A stretch of DNA of 62,616 nt, the filler included, from Choristocarpus tenellus KU-1152 (lineage: Eukaryota; Protista; Phaeophyceae): NCBI GenBank assembly GCA_964200185.2. It is 8 parts of 8 records of this genome, joined end to end, with 100 filler letters (N's around TTAATTAATTAA, not from the genome) between each part and the next. Parts side by side here need not be neighbours in the genome. Positions count along the whole stretch, not along the records: positions 8,298 to 18,594 come from CAXNAD020003007.1; positions 18,695 to 21,954 come from CAXNAD020021205.1; positions 22,055 to 28,595 come from CAXNAD020007903.1; 5 more parts are not named here. One strand, 5' to 3'. This document shows positions 13,266 through 26,756 of this stretch, piece by piece. A program made the position numbers and the translations under genes. A model generated the notes under the pieces. That model did not search any database. It was not told where the DNA came from and saw only the letters and a program-made list of their open reading frames with translations. How positions within the stretch are numbered: position 1 is the first letter of the stretch; each line of letters opens with the position of its first letter.

Positions 13266-16200
13266 TGTGGATTATATAACCTCTACATAACGCCTCAAAA
13301 CCTGGAGACCTGAATGTAGATATTCATATCTACATGGAGGGGTAGGTGATGCTAGGAAGTGGGAGCTATTTTGTCATGAGGAATATCATGTCAACCTCAG
13401 ATTCTGATTTTCTCCAAAGGACTTGTTCAAGGTATATTTATTGTTGTGATGCACTGCAAGCATTACTTCCCTGGTGTACTTACAATTTATAATGCCAATC
13501 ATGTATACCTTATGCTCTTGCACCAGCTGGAACTGCGTAGCTGTGTATGAATAGCCTAAATCATGAGCACAAACACTTTGGAGTATACAACAGAATACCC
13601 TTTTTGGGGTCATATTTATTAGCCTTCTGTTCATTGTCTTCTAAGAAGATGTGCAGTGATTTTTTTCATCTGTGTTGATTGTTTGGCATCATGGGCTTGA
13701 GTTGATTTTTTCAAGCCCTCAAAAGCGTTTGGCAAAGTGCAAGGCAAATATTTTCCGATCACGGGGATAATAATAGGCCTTGCAGCCATACACACTATGC
13801 CTTATTTACTATTGCATGTAGATAGGTTTGCACAAGAGAGGATGAAGATAGGAATAGAGCTGTGCATCAAAGTCTCACAGCATTGCAAGGATAGCCATGC
13901 CAGATGCTCACACCAAAGGAGGGCATGGACACAATGAGGACCAACAATTTAGACAGATTTCTTCATTTTGAGTTTACTGGTGTTCAACCTTACTGTGAGT
14001 TCATTGTGTAGATATTGAGTACTTAAATATAGTCTAGATTGCCATATTTATTCAAATATTAGTAAATATTGTGGGTATGGTGACCATTTAATGACCCTCC
14101 ATGACTCAATCGTCACTCTTTATTGCACTATACCATGCCCTGGCATTTCCTGGTTTCACATTTAGTGCATCCAAAGCAAGACTCAAAAATCTTTTTTCTT
14201 TTCAACATCTTTATGTTCGAGATTGTCAACCATGACGTGTTTTTTGCACCCAGTAATATATCACTGTCTTCAATGTAAGCATGGAGTTTCTCCCACACAA
14301 ATGAATGTGCACATCCACAATTTGCCTTTGTGCTAGACACCTGTTGTGTTCTTGCTGATCTCGTATCAAGTCAGGTTGCAACAATGTTAAGATATTATAT
14401 TTAGTACAAACTAAATTCCTCTTCCTCTGGACAGGTTGCCAGGGTTAGGTTTGGTGTTAAACAATATGATTGCATTGTGATCCAGAAAAAAGATAGCAGT
14501 GACTACACACTGCTTCTATGCCTAGATTATTCTAGTCTTCAGGTGGCAGCTCCCTTCTCGGCATCCTTGGCAGCCAGCCTGTAATATGACCCGAAGTATC
14601 TGGGGGGACGGGGGAAATAGAGCAGTTTAGCTAATTTCTTTTGGCTGTTGCAAAATCTGCCTGGCAAGCAGGAATGGACAAGAAATGTTGGGAAAGCTTG
14701 GCCAAGCGAGGAAATGATTAAGTCCTCACTTGAGCGGTTTGCTGAAGTTGCCTTTCCCATCACTCACTCTAAGACATGTCACTAGTGAAGGAATGAACTT
14801 CCTGTACAAATCTTACGTTGAGTAGGCAGGCTCTGTGTGTGTGTGGCTTCTGCTTCCTATTTTTGAAAAATACAAAAAAACCTAGTACCAGAAAATAAGA
14901 AAATATATTTCACAACAATTATTTCTCGAAGGAATGAATAGGACTGAGGACCTGACAGGTTCTTGGGATGCTTCCATTGCTCCTTACAAGCCTTTGTAGG
15001 GCTATGCTAGGTTTGAAGCATAGCAATGTATGGAACTATCTTCAAGGGGACATTGTTAAATTGTCAGTTTTAATTATCACATATATATTAGGAAGGTGTA
15101 TTGCCATTGCCGGCAACTGTTGTGTCTGCACAGCAGCACTTACCCATAAAGTTTTGGTTTTGGACTCCCCCCCCTTGCTACATCTGCAAAATGTCAACAG
15201 ACAGAAAAACATAAATTGAACTGATGGAATTGTTGTGATTCAAGACACTACTGTACTAATCTTAGAACGCATGAAGCGTGTGCTGGTCCATACTCCGATA
15301 TTGCACTGCTCTTCAAAATACTAAGATGCTCAAATACAGTTGGATTTGTGTGCATCCGAGCACCCGGGACATTAATAGAGCTACAGGTATCACAGGTATA
15401 TGCCATAAACTACAAAGGAGCTTCAACAAGCAATTTTTTGTAGTGAAAGATCACATCTGACAAGCATATTATCCTGCACACCTAAGCACCATTAGTGCTT
15501 TTAAAGACGTCATTCTGAACATGCTATGCTTTGTAGTGTCCTTTTCGATCTACGCATATCTGACGGCCCAGTCTAAAATCAATTGATTATATCAAAAGTA
15601 TAGTGTCATTGATAATACTAAAGGTAGTATATATATATATTTATATATTGATCCACTCTTGACATTTTGTGAATGTGTTGGATGGGGGGAGGAGGGGGAC
15701 ACACAAGACAAAAACTATATGACATGGACCAGTAATGTAGAAGTAACAGTGGTCAATGCTTAGGCATATCCCAAAAATATATACAACTTGAACACTACCA
15801 ATGTAACGTTGTCCCCTTTCTGTACTGAGTAATGAGTACACTATGCTTCTACTCTAGTCTAGTCTCAAAGGTGGGTGAGGAGTTAGAGAAGCATCCCAAG
15901 AAAAGGGACTATTATATAAACTTTCTACAGTGGAGGATTACTTCCGATCACATAACTGACAGAAAGAAAAAAACTCTTCATACCCACACACATTTTGCAT
16001 ACAGTCGAAAAGATGTAGATTTTGAAAATATGTTGAGAGGTCCTTTGATTGGCAGCAACCCCACTATAGGAAGTTTTTGATCCAACAACTAGAAAAAAGC
16101 CGTGCTCGGCAACTTGTGGGTATAGAAAGGTCCTACCCAGCTACCTTACATGAGATTCTGGGAGACTTGCCATGTATCAAACCAGTGTGTCTCATGGAAG

Positions 16201-17250
16201 AATTAATCAAAATCAAGCGTGTATTAGTTTACAATATTTGTCAAAAAAAGGTTCCTACCAACCAACAGTTCTACTTCTACTCACAATGGGATTTTCTTTT
16301 AAACACTTCCGTTTGGTTAGAGTGGTGTGACCTTGGATGCTTAAGGTTGATGGTACACTGTTCATAGTTAACACTTTAGTTTAAACGATCATACACCAAC
16401 ACAATGCCACATACAAGGGCATCTTTTCATAGTGGAAAAATCACCCATTTTGCTCGGTTTCCTCATAGCTGCCCACCAAAGCACCTTGCGATTTCAACAT
16501 TAGAATATCTTTTGGAGAGTAGTCAATGACAAACCAAGAAGCTTCACAGTAAGTATTATTGGAAGGGCAAGAACTCTAATACAGCACTGCAATTGCAAAT
16601 TCTCAAAACCAAACTACGGTCGTAGTAGATACGGTGGGTACCCTCAACTGATTTTTATGTAATATTCAGCAACATTATCTCCATATGATATTTTTGCTTG
16701 AATGTGACTACATCACTATTATACTTGACCGGACCAATCAGCTTGGCATGCCTTTTTCGTAAATATGCCACACATAACACGAGATGATCTCTTTGTTCAT
16801 GGAATGAGTGAGCAATCCACAGATCAACAACTCAAAAAGAGGCACACACTGGACCCTGTAACGCCTCAAGGGACATAGCTCACAGGAAATAAGCAAATAT
16901 CAATAACTTCGTTTACCATTAAATTGTCCTTCACAGTACTAAAAGAGATGCTATGGACAAGTCAACTCAAGCTGCAACTAAGCCCCCGCTTTTTCAGCAC
17001 CAGTGACACACTCCAGAGGGTATGAGTGCACAGCATATGAACCCTTCTACATCAGTCTCACAAATCTCACCCCTGTCCTCCTCACAAGCACCAAGGGAAA
17101 AAACGCTCACGCTCCCCGCATGACCCGCAACATTGCCACTCCTACCAAGTAATATTGTCAATCTATCCATTCATCGATTGAGAACTTTCCCTCGATTTGA
17201 CCTACAATGTACCACATGCTACGATTTCCTGGGGCATTGTGCCTGATTGT

Positions 17251-17882
17251 TCAGGGCTTTGAGCGACCAGTCAGTCGGCCAAAGGAGTTCTGGTATGCGA
17301 GGAGGAAACCTCCCATGCCACCGAGTATTACCCCAGCCACCGCGTTCGGCGCTCGTAAGCCCTTCACTGTAGATCGTGCAGAGGGTAAGGCCAGCATGCG
17401 AGGTAAAGCAGTTACAAGTACTATAGAATGAATCTCGATCCTTACAACGTTAAGGACAGTTTCATAACACAGTCCGTGGTTGTAAAGATTCACTGCTTGC
17501 TGCGACTTCTCTATCAGAACACCGCGTACAAAGAACAGGGGAAAGAGGTCGAGCCCTGAACCGACTGTGAAAATTTAGAGGGATGTAACAAAGAAAATCA
17601 GGTAAAACCTTCCCAGCGATTTCTATTCCTGAGACTAGGTGCTTGTTCAAAAGCAAAGTGCATCGAACATTGGCAAGGAGAAAACACAAATTACAGTGGC
17701 ATTCAACAAAAACCTCTGTGCCATACCGCTCATTATAGGCTCTCACCCCCTGTAAAGCAAAGTACTCCAGAGCCCGCTGTAATGCCGAGGAAAGTGGCTA
17801 TGTCCCCAGGCCTGAAGTTGGAAACGACTTTGCCAGGCGTCGGCATTGCGTCAATTACGGGGTACTTAGGGTCTCCATGCAT
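17251..17882 (-). CDS. Mitochondrial complex I 20.9/21-kDa accessory subunit (NUXM-type), 83 aa; exons 17882-17747, 17366-17251
   Basis: The spliced product MHGDPKYPVIDAMPTPGKVVSNFRPGDIATFLGITAGSGVLCFTGVKGLRAPNAVAGVILGGMGGFLLAYQNSFGRLTG matches the family pattern YPV.D..P...VV.NF...D...GG.GGF..AYQNS.GRL.G. Phase-1 GT-AG intron, with an in-frame stop just upstream of the ATG. Confidence 0.9.
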
Positions 17883-18594
17883 GTTTCAAGGCTCCACCAC
17901 TACCTGCAACCCTGAAAAGAAGTATCCGTGCGAAAGGGAGACTGGGAATGTAAGGGGAGCGAAACATGTCTCAATGTTCCCGGGACTTGCATCCAAACCT
18001 TGAGGACCTGTCCATCGTCACACCAGTTGCAAAGGACGTTTTCTACTTGGGAATAGGAATCACTTAGACTTCCTTGGAAGCATTCATTCTCATCTTCAAG
18101 TGGGTTATCCCTACCTGTAACTAGGCAAGGTAACAATCTCCTCTTCTTTGCCTTCTTAGGTAGTCTCTCTATCCTAGTTGGTGTGGTACCAAACGATCAA
18201 AATTAAATTACAATTGATTATTTGAGTTCCCATTTTCTATCACACTCACACATACCACTACACATACATATGGAGATATATATTGCTGTAACACATCTGT
18301 AAAATGTTAGATGACATAATAATAAAAATATATTTCTATCACAACATAGTGCAAGTTGTGATATAAGTTGACTATAATATCATAATATTTATGACACTAG
18401 GATAATATAATAATATACAGCATGGACATCGTACAAATGCCTTGGGTTTCCACATGACCGTTGGAACTAGCACGCCAGATCCCTCCCATAAGGTTTAGAC
18501 TTATCGCCGGCAGATCCCTAGGGAGGGAGGAGGTCCTATCCAACAAGTGTCCATTGGCTGGTGGGCCGTCATCCCCTGGTTGGGGGTGGTAGGG

Positions 18595-18694
18595 NNNNNN
18601 NNNNNNNNNNNNNNNNNNNNNNNNNNNNNNNNNNNNNNTTAATTAATTAANNNNNNNNNNNNNNNNNNNNNNNNNNNNNNNNNNNNNNNNNNNN
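18595..18694. other. Artificial contig linker
   Basis: N44-TTAATTAATTAA-N44. Confidence 0.98.
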
Positions 18695-18791
18695 CTATAC
18701 ATTTTACCTACTCCGAATACAGCCAATCTGCATTCCATTTGGTGTAGCTACATCTGAGATGAAATCCTAACCCAGTGCAGCTGCAGCACCA

Positions 18792-19512
18792 TGTTAAACT
18801 AATCATCTGTTTTTCCTTATTTCGCTACAGTTCCACCAGTCAACACTGACTGTTGATTGGTCTGTTACGTAATGGTCGTTACTGTTATGAGTTCATCATC
18901 ACCACGTCAATTACGGTCAAAACACCGCAGTACAGACCAGTCGCTCTGCATTCTACACATAGGAATAGTATGCATCACTTGAGTTGCATCACATATTGAT
19001 TCAAGTTTGTTCTCTTGTTCTCTTGTTCTCTTGTTCTCTTGTTTGTTCTTTTTTCTCTCTTCTTCTTATCAGCAGAAGACGATAGTTGACAGTTGTACGT
19101 TAATTGTTGATTATTATTTCTTTCTTAGTTGTCATTGACCTCTCATAATGCACCAAGCCCACTCTGCAATAAGTGTACCAGCTGCACACTTGGATGTAAT
19201 ATAATCAGAGTTAAAACCATCTACGGAAACCCTTGCCAGTCAAGGTAACAAGCCTCTCCACAGAGCATGGACTTCTTTCTTTGAGTATCTCATGAAAGAT
19301 ACTGAATTCACATCACATCATTCTTGACTGAGAGATCAATGACCCCAGTTGCAACAGAATATGTACATCGGTGCTTTGCAGCACAATCACATCTACTCAC
19401 AGCACAGACTACGCATTTTACTCATCGGTGCTTTACAACACAATGATTCCCCTTCACTCGTAGTCTGCGCATTTTGCTTACAAATAGGATGCATTCGATT
19501 CAGGTTTCAACA
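18792..19512. mobile_element. Solo LTR, copy 1 of a ~700-bp family (TGTT...AACA)
   Basis: Aligns by eye along its length to the reverse complement of 24568-25264 and 31219-31890. TG...CA termini and an internal (TTGTTCTC)n tract. The TSD is only partly conserved (CACCA/CACAG). Confidence 0.8.
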
Positions 19513-19699
19513 CACAGTACAAAGTCGAACAAGTCGCATTTGATAGGGTTCAAAACCTCGTGAATCTGTCAAAGAAAGTGTTTATTGGGATGCCTAGGAC
19601 AAAGGCCCTTCATTGTATGAGTGGCCTGGTCATCTTGTCGTTGCCCGTCGGTCCCAATTCCTTGGCCCAGAAGTCTGTCTGAGGTCCAGACTCGAACAC

Positions 19700-20640
19700 C
19701 CTGATGAAGAACAGCATGGCGATGCAATGCCTGGAAGTGAGAGGGCTTGAGACTCAGATGCCTCGGGGGACAGCGACAGCCTTCGCAGAGGACTTCAGAA
19801 TTCTTCGAATCACCTTATTCCGCCATATGAAGGGGTTTGACAGCGAGATTGCACGGGGTGAATGCATGGACCTTGTGCAATGTCTCAAGGGCCAATGTGG
19901 CCACCAAACAAGTATTCTCAACTTTTGGTATGTCCCATCGGTAAACCGCATAAAGTGGGTAGCCAAAGCTGGGGTCTACCTTGCCTCATTGTGGGATCTG
20001 GCAAGCACAAGGTAAAGAGGGTCAAGCGGTGGATAAAGCCTGTCCTCTCAGACTAGGAGAAAGTCAACAGGATGGGTTTTGTTCTCAACCACACGCACAG
20101 GAGGGGGGGAAGTGGGGTAGTAGACGACGATCTATATTGACTGGGTGCATGTGGAGAAGTAGTTTAACATCCTTAAAGATGGGCAAGGTGTATACCTACG
20201 CCTCACTAAGGACCCCCCCAAACCCCCTCGGGCACAAAATAGGCGTTTAATTGCAAAGGTGATGTTCCTTGCAGCTGTGGCCTGCTCTAGAAAGTTCTCC
20301 TACAGGGTTTGGTCTGATGGACAAATTAGGATCTGGCCAATCGTGGACACTAAGGTCGCTCATCGCTTCAGTAAACATCACCCCAAGGGCACCAAGGTGG
20401 TTGTGCCAGCCACGGTGAACGGGGAGGGGTATAAAAAGCTCAAGATCAAGGATGTCATCCCGACAATCAAGGCAGGCATGCCTGGGCTGGAAGAACACAC
20501 CATATTCATGCAGCAGGATGGGGCAAAGCCACACACCAAGGGGAGGACCATGGAGGCAATCGAGGAGGCGGCAGAGACGACATTGTCATAGAGACCCAAT
20601 CAGCCAACTCACCTCACCTCAACATCAACGACCAGGAGAA
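19700..20640 (+). pseudogene. Decayed mariner-like transposase related to plant DD39D elements
   Basis: IKPVLSD*EKVNRMGFVL, KVMFLAAVA, DGQIRIWP, IFMQQDGAKPH and, after a frameshift, QSANSPHLNIND. Contains stops and frameshifts. Confidence 0.85.
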
Positions 20641-21111
20641 CATGGAGGAAGCAGCATGTGAGAGGTATATGAGTTCAAGGTTGCATGAGGGCTCCCCATG
20701 ATTGACTTCTGCAATGGAGCTTACAACGACCATACAAGTGGTGGCGATAAAAGAGCTCCTAATTCTTTGCCTGAATAAGTTTGTCCGCAGCATTTAGGGC
20801 ATTCCTGGTATAAAGCAGATCCAAAACATATGTTCTCAAGAACAGAGAATATTGCGACTTCCACACGGACCAGTGGACCCAGAAAATGTGCACCTTTTTG
20901 TGTTCCTTTGCAACAATGCTTTGATGAAGGTGGATACATAGGAGGCTGCGAAGAAGGCAACAGAAACGATACAACCTCAAGGGTGCAACAGCACTGTGTA
21001 GCAGCTAGATTCACAAATAGATAATAAATGTAAGAATGTAAAAAAAGTGTACATCATCCCTCGTTCCGTAACCTTTTAGACAACTCTTCAGTCCAAGATT
21101 TTCTTCAAAAT

Positions 21112-21193
21112 GAGTGAAAGTATCTTAGAGGGTACGAGTTTTGCCCTGTTTGTCCATTTGGGGCTTGGCTTCCCACGGGTTTTTTATGACATT
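21112..21193 (+). mobile_element. Truncated PIF/Harbinger-like MITE, subfamily A
   Basis: Starts GAGTGAAAGTATCTTAGAGGGTACG and matches the 5' part of the full copies at 28053 and 34421. Confidence 0.75.
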
Positions 21194-21954
21194 GTTAAGT
21201 TGTCCTTGACGATCTGTTGTCCAACACAACCAGTTGCATTATTGTTTACTAGCTTGTATCAGAGTTGAGAAAAGAGTGAGACACCATCACTAGATGGGGC
21301 TCACCAAACCATGAAGTGAATGACTCAGAATACCTAACGACTCAACAGTTCTCCAGCATACGTCAGAAATACTCCGAACGTTCCGCCAATTTCTTCTTGT
21401 CAAATACTCTAACCCTATGTATCCCTAATGTCCCACATCATCGTCTGTGCGTACATAAAATAGTACTTCGGATCTTATTCTCACAAATTGTCGAACATAA
21501 TCTTGACACACTCCCCTGCCCTGACTATGTAGTGAGAATCAAATCAGTCCAAAAATAAATCCCAATTTCAAATCAACTCAATCTGCACACTTCGAATTTT
21601 ATTCCCACACATGGACAAGCAAAATCTTGACACAGTTACCTACTCTATCCATGCAGCAAGAATCTAATGAACACAATCTTCACACTACCCCTCAGTCGCA
21701 GTGCACAATAGTTCTAGAATGAAATTCAAACACACTACTGCTCAAAGCCTTCGTAAACAAATCTCCATGTTGTTCACCTGAGTTTACGTAGACAATCTGT
21801 GCCTTCCCCTCCTTCACCAAGTTCCTTACTGTGCAATATAGACTAGTTTGACGTACTCCTCGTACGCGCTGCGTTCTCCAAACGATGTGTCAGGCGTGGG
21901 AGGTGGCGGAATGCGGTATTCTGGTTGGAGGATCCGGTACAGTCCTTTACCTCC

Positions 21955-22054
21955 NNNNNNNNNNNNNNNNNNNNNNNNNNNNNNNNNNNNNNNNNNNNTT
22001 AATTAATTAANNNNNNNNNNNNNNNNNNNNNNNNNNNNNNNNNNNNNNNNNNNN
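21955..22054. other. Artificial contig linker
   Basis: N44-TTAATTAATTAA-N44. Confidence 0.98.
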
Positions 22055-22240
22055 TTTGCGCGTAAAGAGCATTGGGTGCGGGTGGGCGGTAGCTGTCCAT
22101 TTGGGGTCAATTTTTTCATGTCGCGATTTTTGAGTGATTTGGTTGCATACGTCGAATGGGTAATGTAAGTGCACTTTTCCTGGTTTTGACCCAAATAGAC
22201 ACCTTGGTGTAGACCGCCCCCGCCCCCAGATACTTTGGGT
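22055..22240 (+). mobile_element. MITE subfamily B (left end lost at contig edge)
   Basis: Similar to 25802-25983 and ends CCCCCAGATACTTTGGG. Confidence 0.7.
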
Positions 22241-22329
22241 TATGTCGGAGCAAGTTCTACACATTGCCATGCTGGACTGTTTGGATTATGACTACCAAAT
22301 TATTTTTTTCTTTGCAGGGAGGCAGGAAA

Positions 22330-23060
22330 CCGGGGAGAGACTGTGAGTGCGCTTATCTCGAGGACAACAAAGGCCAACCGAGGTAGTGGGTACAGCACAA
22401 TTAGTTATCGTGCGAACCCTGGTGCGACAGGACCCCGTACCAGGTCTGAGACTGGGCCTCGAGAACAACGTAAAAAATGCGGACTGAGTAAGCATGTCGG
22501 GATATGTACATTTGAAGGGTCATGTCTAAACCGTGGGGAAAGGGGACACTCACAGTACATCTGTCGCCAGGGGAGGGCGACCCCACCTAACAGGTGGAAG
22601 TAATTGGCTTGGCCAGGTTAGAGACTAGCAAAGAAAAACAGAGGAGTAAGGAGATTTATGGCTACATTGGCTGCCATAACCAACAATGATAAGGTAAGAG
22701 CATCTGGTTTAGAGAGATGGTGATTTGATAACTGGGCATCCAATAGCGTGACAAATGACCCGACGAACAAACATGTACTTTTTTAGACCATGTCCTGAAA
22801 GCTGCAAAACATAGTGGCTGATGGTATATCCTCACCTATCAAGGGATATGGTATGCTTGACCTGAATTTCAAAGTAGGTCATGATGAGAGGGTACCTGTT
22901 ACCTTGGAGTCTGTCGCCCTTGTCCCCAATCTTGCATTCAACCTCCTGCCCTCACATTCCGCTTGTAAAAAGTCAGGAAGTCACTGCGAAACGAACAGGG
23001 ATGCACATTATATTTCTGGGGGGGTGGGTCTTCCCCTTATTTTTGAGTGGGATAATGATT
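22330..23060 (+). pseudogene. Ty1/Copia gag zinc-knuckle and protease remnant
   Basis: CLNRGERGHSQYIC (degenerate CCHC), W*FDNWASNSVTND (cf. W..DSGAS.HMT.D) and VADG....IKGYG...VTLESVALVPNLAFNLL (Copia protease/PolBBD pattern). Confidence 0.75.
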
Positions 23061-24567
23061 AATACTCGGCTCATGCCGTGCGCTTGAAACCTCCCTAACG
23101 ACTTGTCACCCCTGTTGAGGAAGGGGGCAACTCTCATCTTCATATTCCCCCCTCACATCAACCCAAGCAATAGAGGGCATATCTGCTCTCTGTCCAAACG
23201 TTGGTGGGTGTTGAGAATGATATCTCCTAGACTGTTCGAGAGTACAGAGAAATATGGTTTCAGCACTAGTTGCAGACAAGGATTCGTGCATTAGGATGTG
23301 AAGCAAGCTCTTATACACAGGAGAAATCAGACAGGGAACATTTGTTCATTGATGTGATGTATGTGGTCTGTGGTTGGGGAAATTTGTGCTTTCATTGAAA
23401 CCATTTTATGGTACCAAACAAACTAGCAAGGAGTATAATATTTAGTTGATGCATATTTTAGAACAATGTGATTTTGACTTAATGCAGAGCAGATCCTTGT
23501 GTGTTCCGCTGTTTAAGAAGAGGTGTTGTTTCTGCCATAATAGCCCCCCACGAAGTTGGCCTGATGGTAGCAGGAATACTTGATGATTTGATTTGAGATC
23601 GCTTCAAGATTGAGGAGCAGTTTTCTGTCGAAGATTTGGTAATCTCAAGTAGTATATGGGATGTGAGATATTTGACGTGACAGAATTGCGAAGACAGCAA
23701 GCATTAGTCAGACTCAGTACATTAGGAGCATTTGTCAAAGATTTGGTATGGATGGGGCAAAGAAAAGGGCGGTACCCCATGATCTCTCAATTACCTTTGA
23801 CAAGAATGAGGATCATCCGAGTTGTGATGAAAACATCCCGTACAGAGAGGCTATTGGTACTTTGATGCGGGCAGCTGTCAACTCAACATCATCACACAGC
23901 TTACAGGAGCAATCTTAATCAGACTCATCGACTTGGGTCGACTAGTTGCAAACTACAACTTCAACCTCCTTCATATCAAGAGCGTATGCGATATCCTAGG
24001 CAAGCTAGGAAGGGTTCCAGATGATGCTGCTAGCACGCTCTCCAATATATTTGGTGGTCAACAATTCTCCTTGTTCTCAAAGTGGATGGACATGGACGAC
24101 TTCAGGGCATCTATGACAAAGAGCGGGGCCAGATAAATTGTTCCGTGGAAATCATCTTCAGCCAGCACATTCAATCCCGATCTCTGACTCGCGACACCAA
24201 GAAGAGATCGAAAGATTCTAATGATGAAGTCGCCTTCTCTAATTTCCCAATTATCAACACTAGGAGATATGTATCGCTCTTCTCTTCTCGAGCATACCAT
24301 TACGTTCAGCAAAGGGGACTCTAGTGAGGCTCTCATAGCTTTCTTTTCTCTTATTCCGTGTTGAAACAGACAGCGGTCTAAATTTTCACAAGAAGATGTT
24401 CTTACATGAGACTTTGCTTGTGACACCCCCTGAAATCGTTGGCAAAAGACGTGATCACCACGTTTGCCTGGAAGATCTACCTCAAAAGCGACAAGGAGAC
24501 AGCACAATTGTTTTCCTTTGGGAAGGGAGCCGTTTCCAGCCAGACAGATTTGGCCAGTATTGGGAAC

Positions 24568-25264
24568 TGTTGAAACCTGAATCGAATGCATCGTACATGT
24601 AAGCAAAATGCGTAGACTACGAGCGACGAGGAATCATGGTGTTGCAAAGCACTGATATATTTATTATGTTGTAACTGAGGTTGTTGATCTCTCAGTCAAG
24701 AATGAGGCGATGTGAATTTAGTATTCTTGGTTGCTCAATCCAGAATGATGTGATGTGAATTCAGTGTTCTTTCATGAGATACTCAACCAAAGAAGTCCAT
24801 GCTCTGTGGAGAGGATTTTTACCTTGGATAGCAAGGATTTCGAAGGATTTTTTAAACTCTGATTATATTACATCCATTTGTGCTTTTGGTACACAGTTTG
24901 CAGAGTGAGCTTTGGTGCATTGTGAGAGATCAATGGCAGCTATGAAAGAAATAATAATCAACAATGAAAGTACAACAGTCATTTCCTGGTGATAAGAGGA
25001 AGAAAGAGTGAAAGAAAAACAAACAAGGGAACAACAGAAAAAACTTGAACCAATGGGAGATGCAACTCAAGCAACGTGTGCTATTCTTGCGTGTGGAACG
25101 CAGAACGACTTTCTGTACTACGGTGTTCTGAAGGTAATTGATGTGGTGATGATGAATTTGTGACAGTAGCGTCCAGAGCGTAATAGAGCAATCAAACGTC
25201 AGTGTTGACTGGTGGAACTGTATCCTATCAACGAACAAACAGATGAGTAGCCTATGATTTAACA
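24568..25264. mobile_element. Solo LTR, copy 2 (697 bp) with perfect 5-bp TSD GGAAC
   Basis: TGTTGAAAC...TTTAACA termini flanked on both sides by GGAAC (24563-24567 and 25265-25269). Homologous to 18792-19512. Confidence 0.88.
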
Positions 25265-25801
25265 GGAACATCTTCAGCAGGATGGTGTTGTGGATGAGGA
25301 AAATATTTCAGTACCGATCAGTAGGCTATAGACCGGACAAGATGTACACATACATCTGAAAGAAAGACATCGACTCCAAAGATGGTCTCAAAGGCAGAAC
25401 GCCTGGTCCAACACTTCAATCGCCTCGACTTCGGATCTATATCGAATTCACACACAACAGTGGGAAAAATTTCCCAATAACAGTCAAAAGAACAATCGCC
25501 AAGAAAATGGCGACTTTCGTATATGAAGCCTGGGATCTCACTACACGGGACTGAGGAAGAAGGGGGATAGGGCTGAATTATTCAACACCGTTGCAATCTG
25601 CGTCTACAGCTGTACTTGAAAGGGTGAGAGCATGTTCCCCCTGTTCCTTCAAAAATGTCGTTTCAGCATCCTCATAAAGTTACTTCTTCTCCTATGCGCA
25701 ACTACGGACAATCATCAAACCAAAACACTGTCCTCACCCGACAACACATTCTCTACCCAGAAACTCGGGAATTCGAACATGTACTTCTCGATGTTTGGAA
25801 A

Positions 25802-25983
25802 GGCTCAAAGTGTCTTGGGGGTGGTGGCGGCTGTCCATTCAGGGTCCATTTTGCAATGTCGTATTTTTTGTGTGATTTGGGTGCATGTGTCGGATGGATA
25901 ACGTAAGTGCACTTCTCCTGGTCAGGGCCCGAATGGACACCCTAATGTAGACCCCCCCCCCCCCTCCCCAGATACTTTGATTC
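25802..25983 (+). mobile_element. MITE subfamily B, full length (~180 bp), TSD AAA
   Basis: TIRs GGCTCAAAGTGTCTTGGGGG / CCCCAGATACTTTGATTC, flanked by AAA on both sides. Confidence 0.78.
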
Positions 25984-26290
25984 AAAGAGCACAGACAACC
26001 ATCAACGTGAGTTCCCTATTGACGACAACAATATCCTTTTGTTCTTTACATGCCGAATGGATGTAGTTGTACACACTACTTGTCCATAGCTCCTTGTTGA
26101 TGAAAATACAGCGTTGTTTGCAACAATGCGCAATTTTTTTATTCTGTGATTATAGCCCCTTTTGTTAAACGATTATCAATATTCAGTTTTCGCATTCTTC
26201 TGTTCCTGAGACATCCTTACCTGTCTCCACAATCCCTTCGCTCCACCTCAAAAAATCTCTCTGCAGTCTGTATTCGATTTTCGAAGTATA

Positions 26291-26450
26291 GACATAAAGT
26301 ATCTGGGGGGGGGGGGGTCTACACCACATTGTGCGCATTTGAACCAAAACCTGGAAAAGTGCACTTTCATTAGAGTGAAAGTATCTTAGAGGGTACGAAT
26401 TTTGCCCCGTTTGTCCACTTGGGGCTTGGCTTCCCACAGGTGTTTTGGAC
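26291..26450. mobile_element. Nested MITE fragments (reverse subfamily B followed by the 5' part of subfamily A from 26373)
   Basis: CATAAAGTATCTGGGGGG...AAAGTGCACTT followed by TTA|GAGTGAAAGTATCTTAGAGGGTACG. Confidence 0.7.
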
Positions 26451-26756
26451 AGTTACGGTCAAATATGTATGGAGTAACGGAACAATCAATTAGTGGTTGA
26501 TTTATCAGAACCTTTTACTAGTGACTAGTTGTATGACAATTTTTCTCATATAGAAGGATACTTTTCTGATTTTATTGGGGTGTTGCATGCCCCACTTAAC
26601 TTTAATCAATTCACTCTACAGACACCAAGCAATCTCTCTGGGTTTATCGCCTTTATCCTCTTTGATGTTTAGGGAGTTACTTAACACAATATATTGTGGC
26701 TTAGGTTTCTAACCCATTATATCATCATGTCTACATGAGGAGATGCGATTCAAGAA

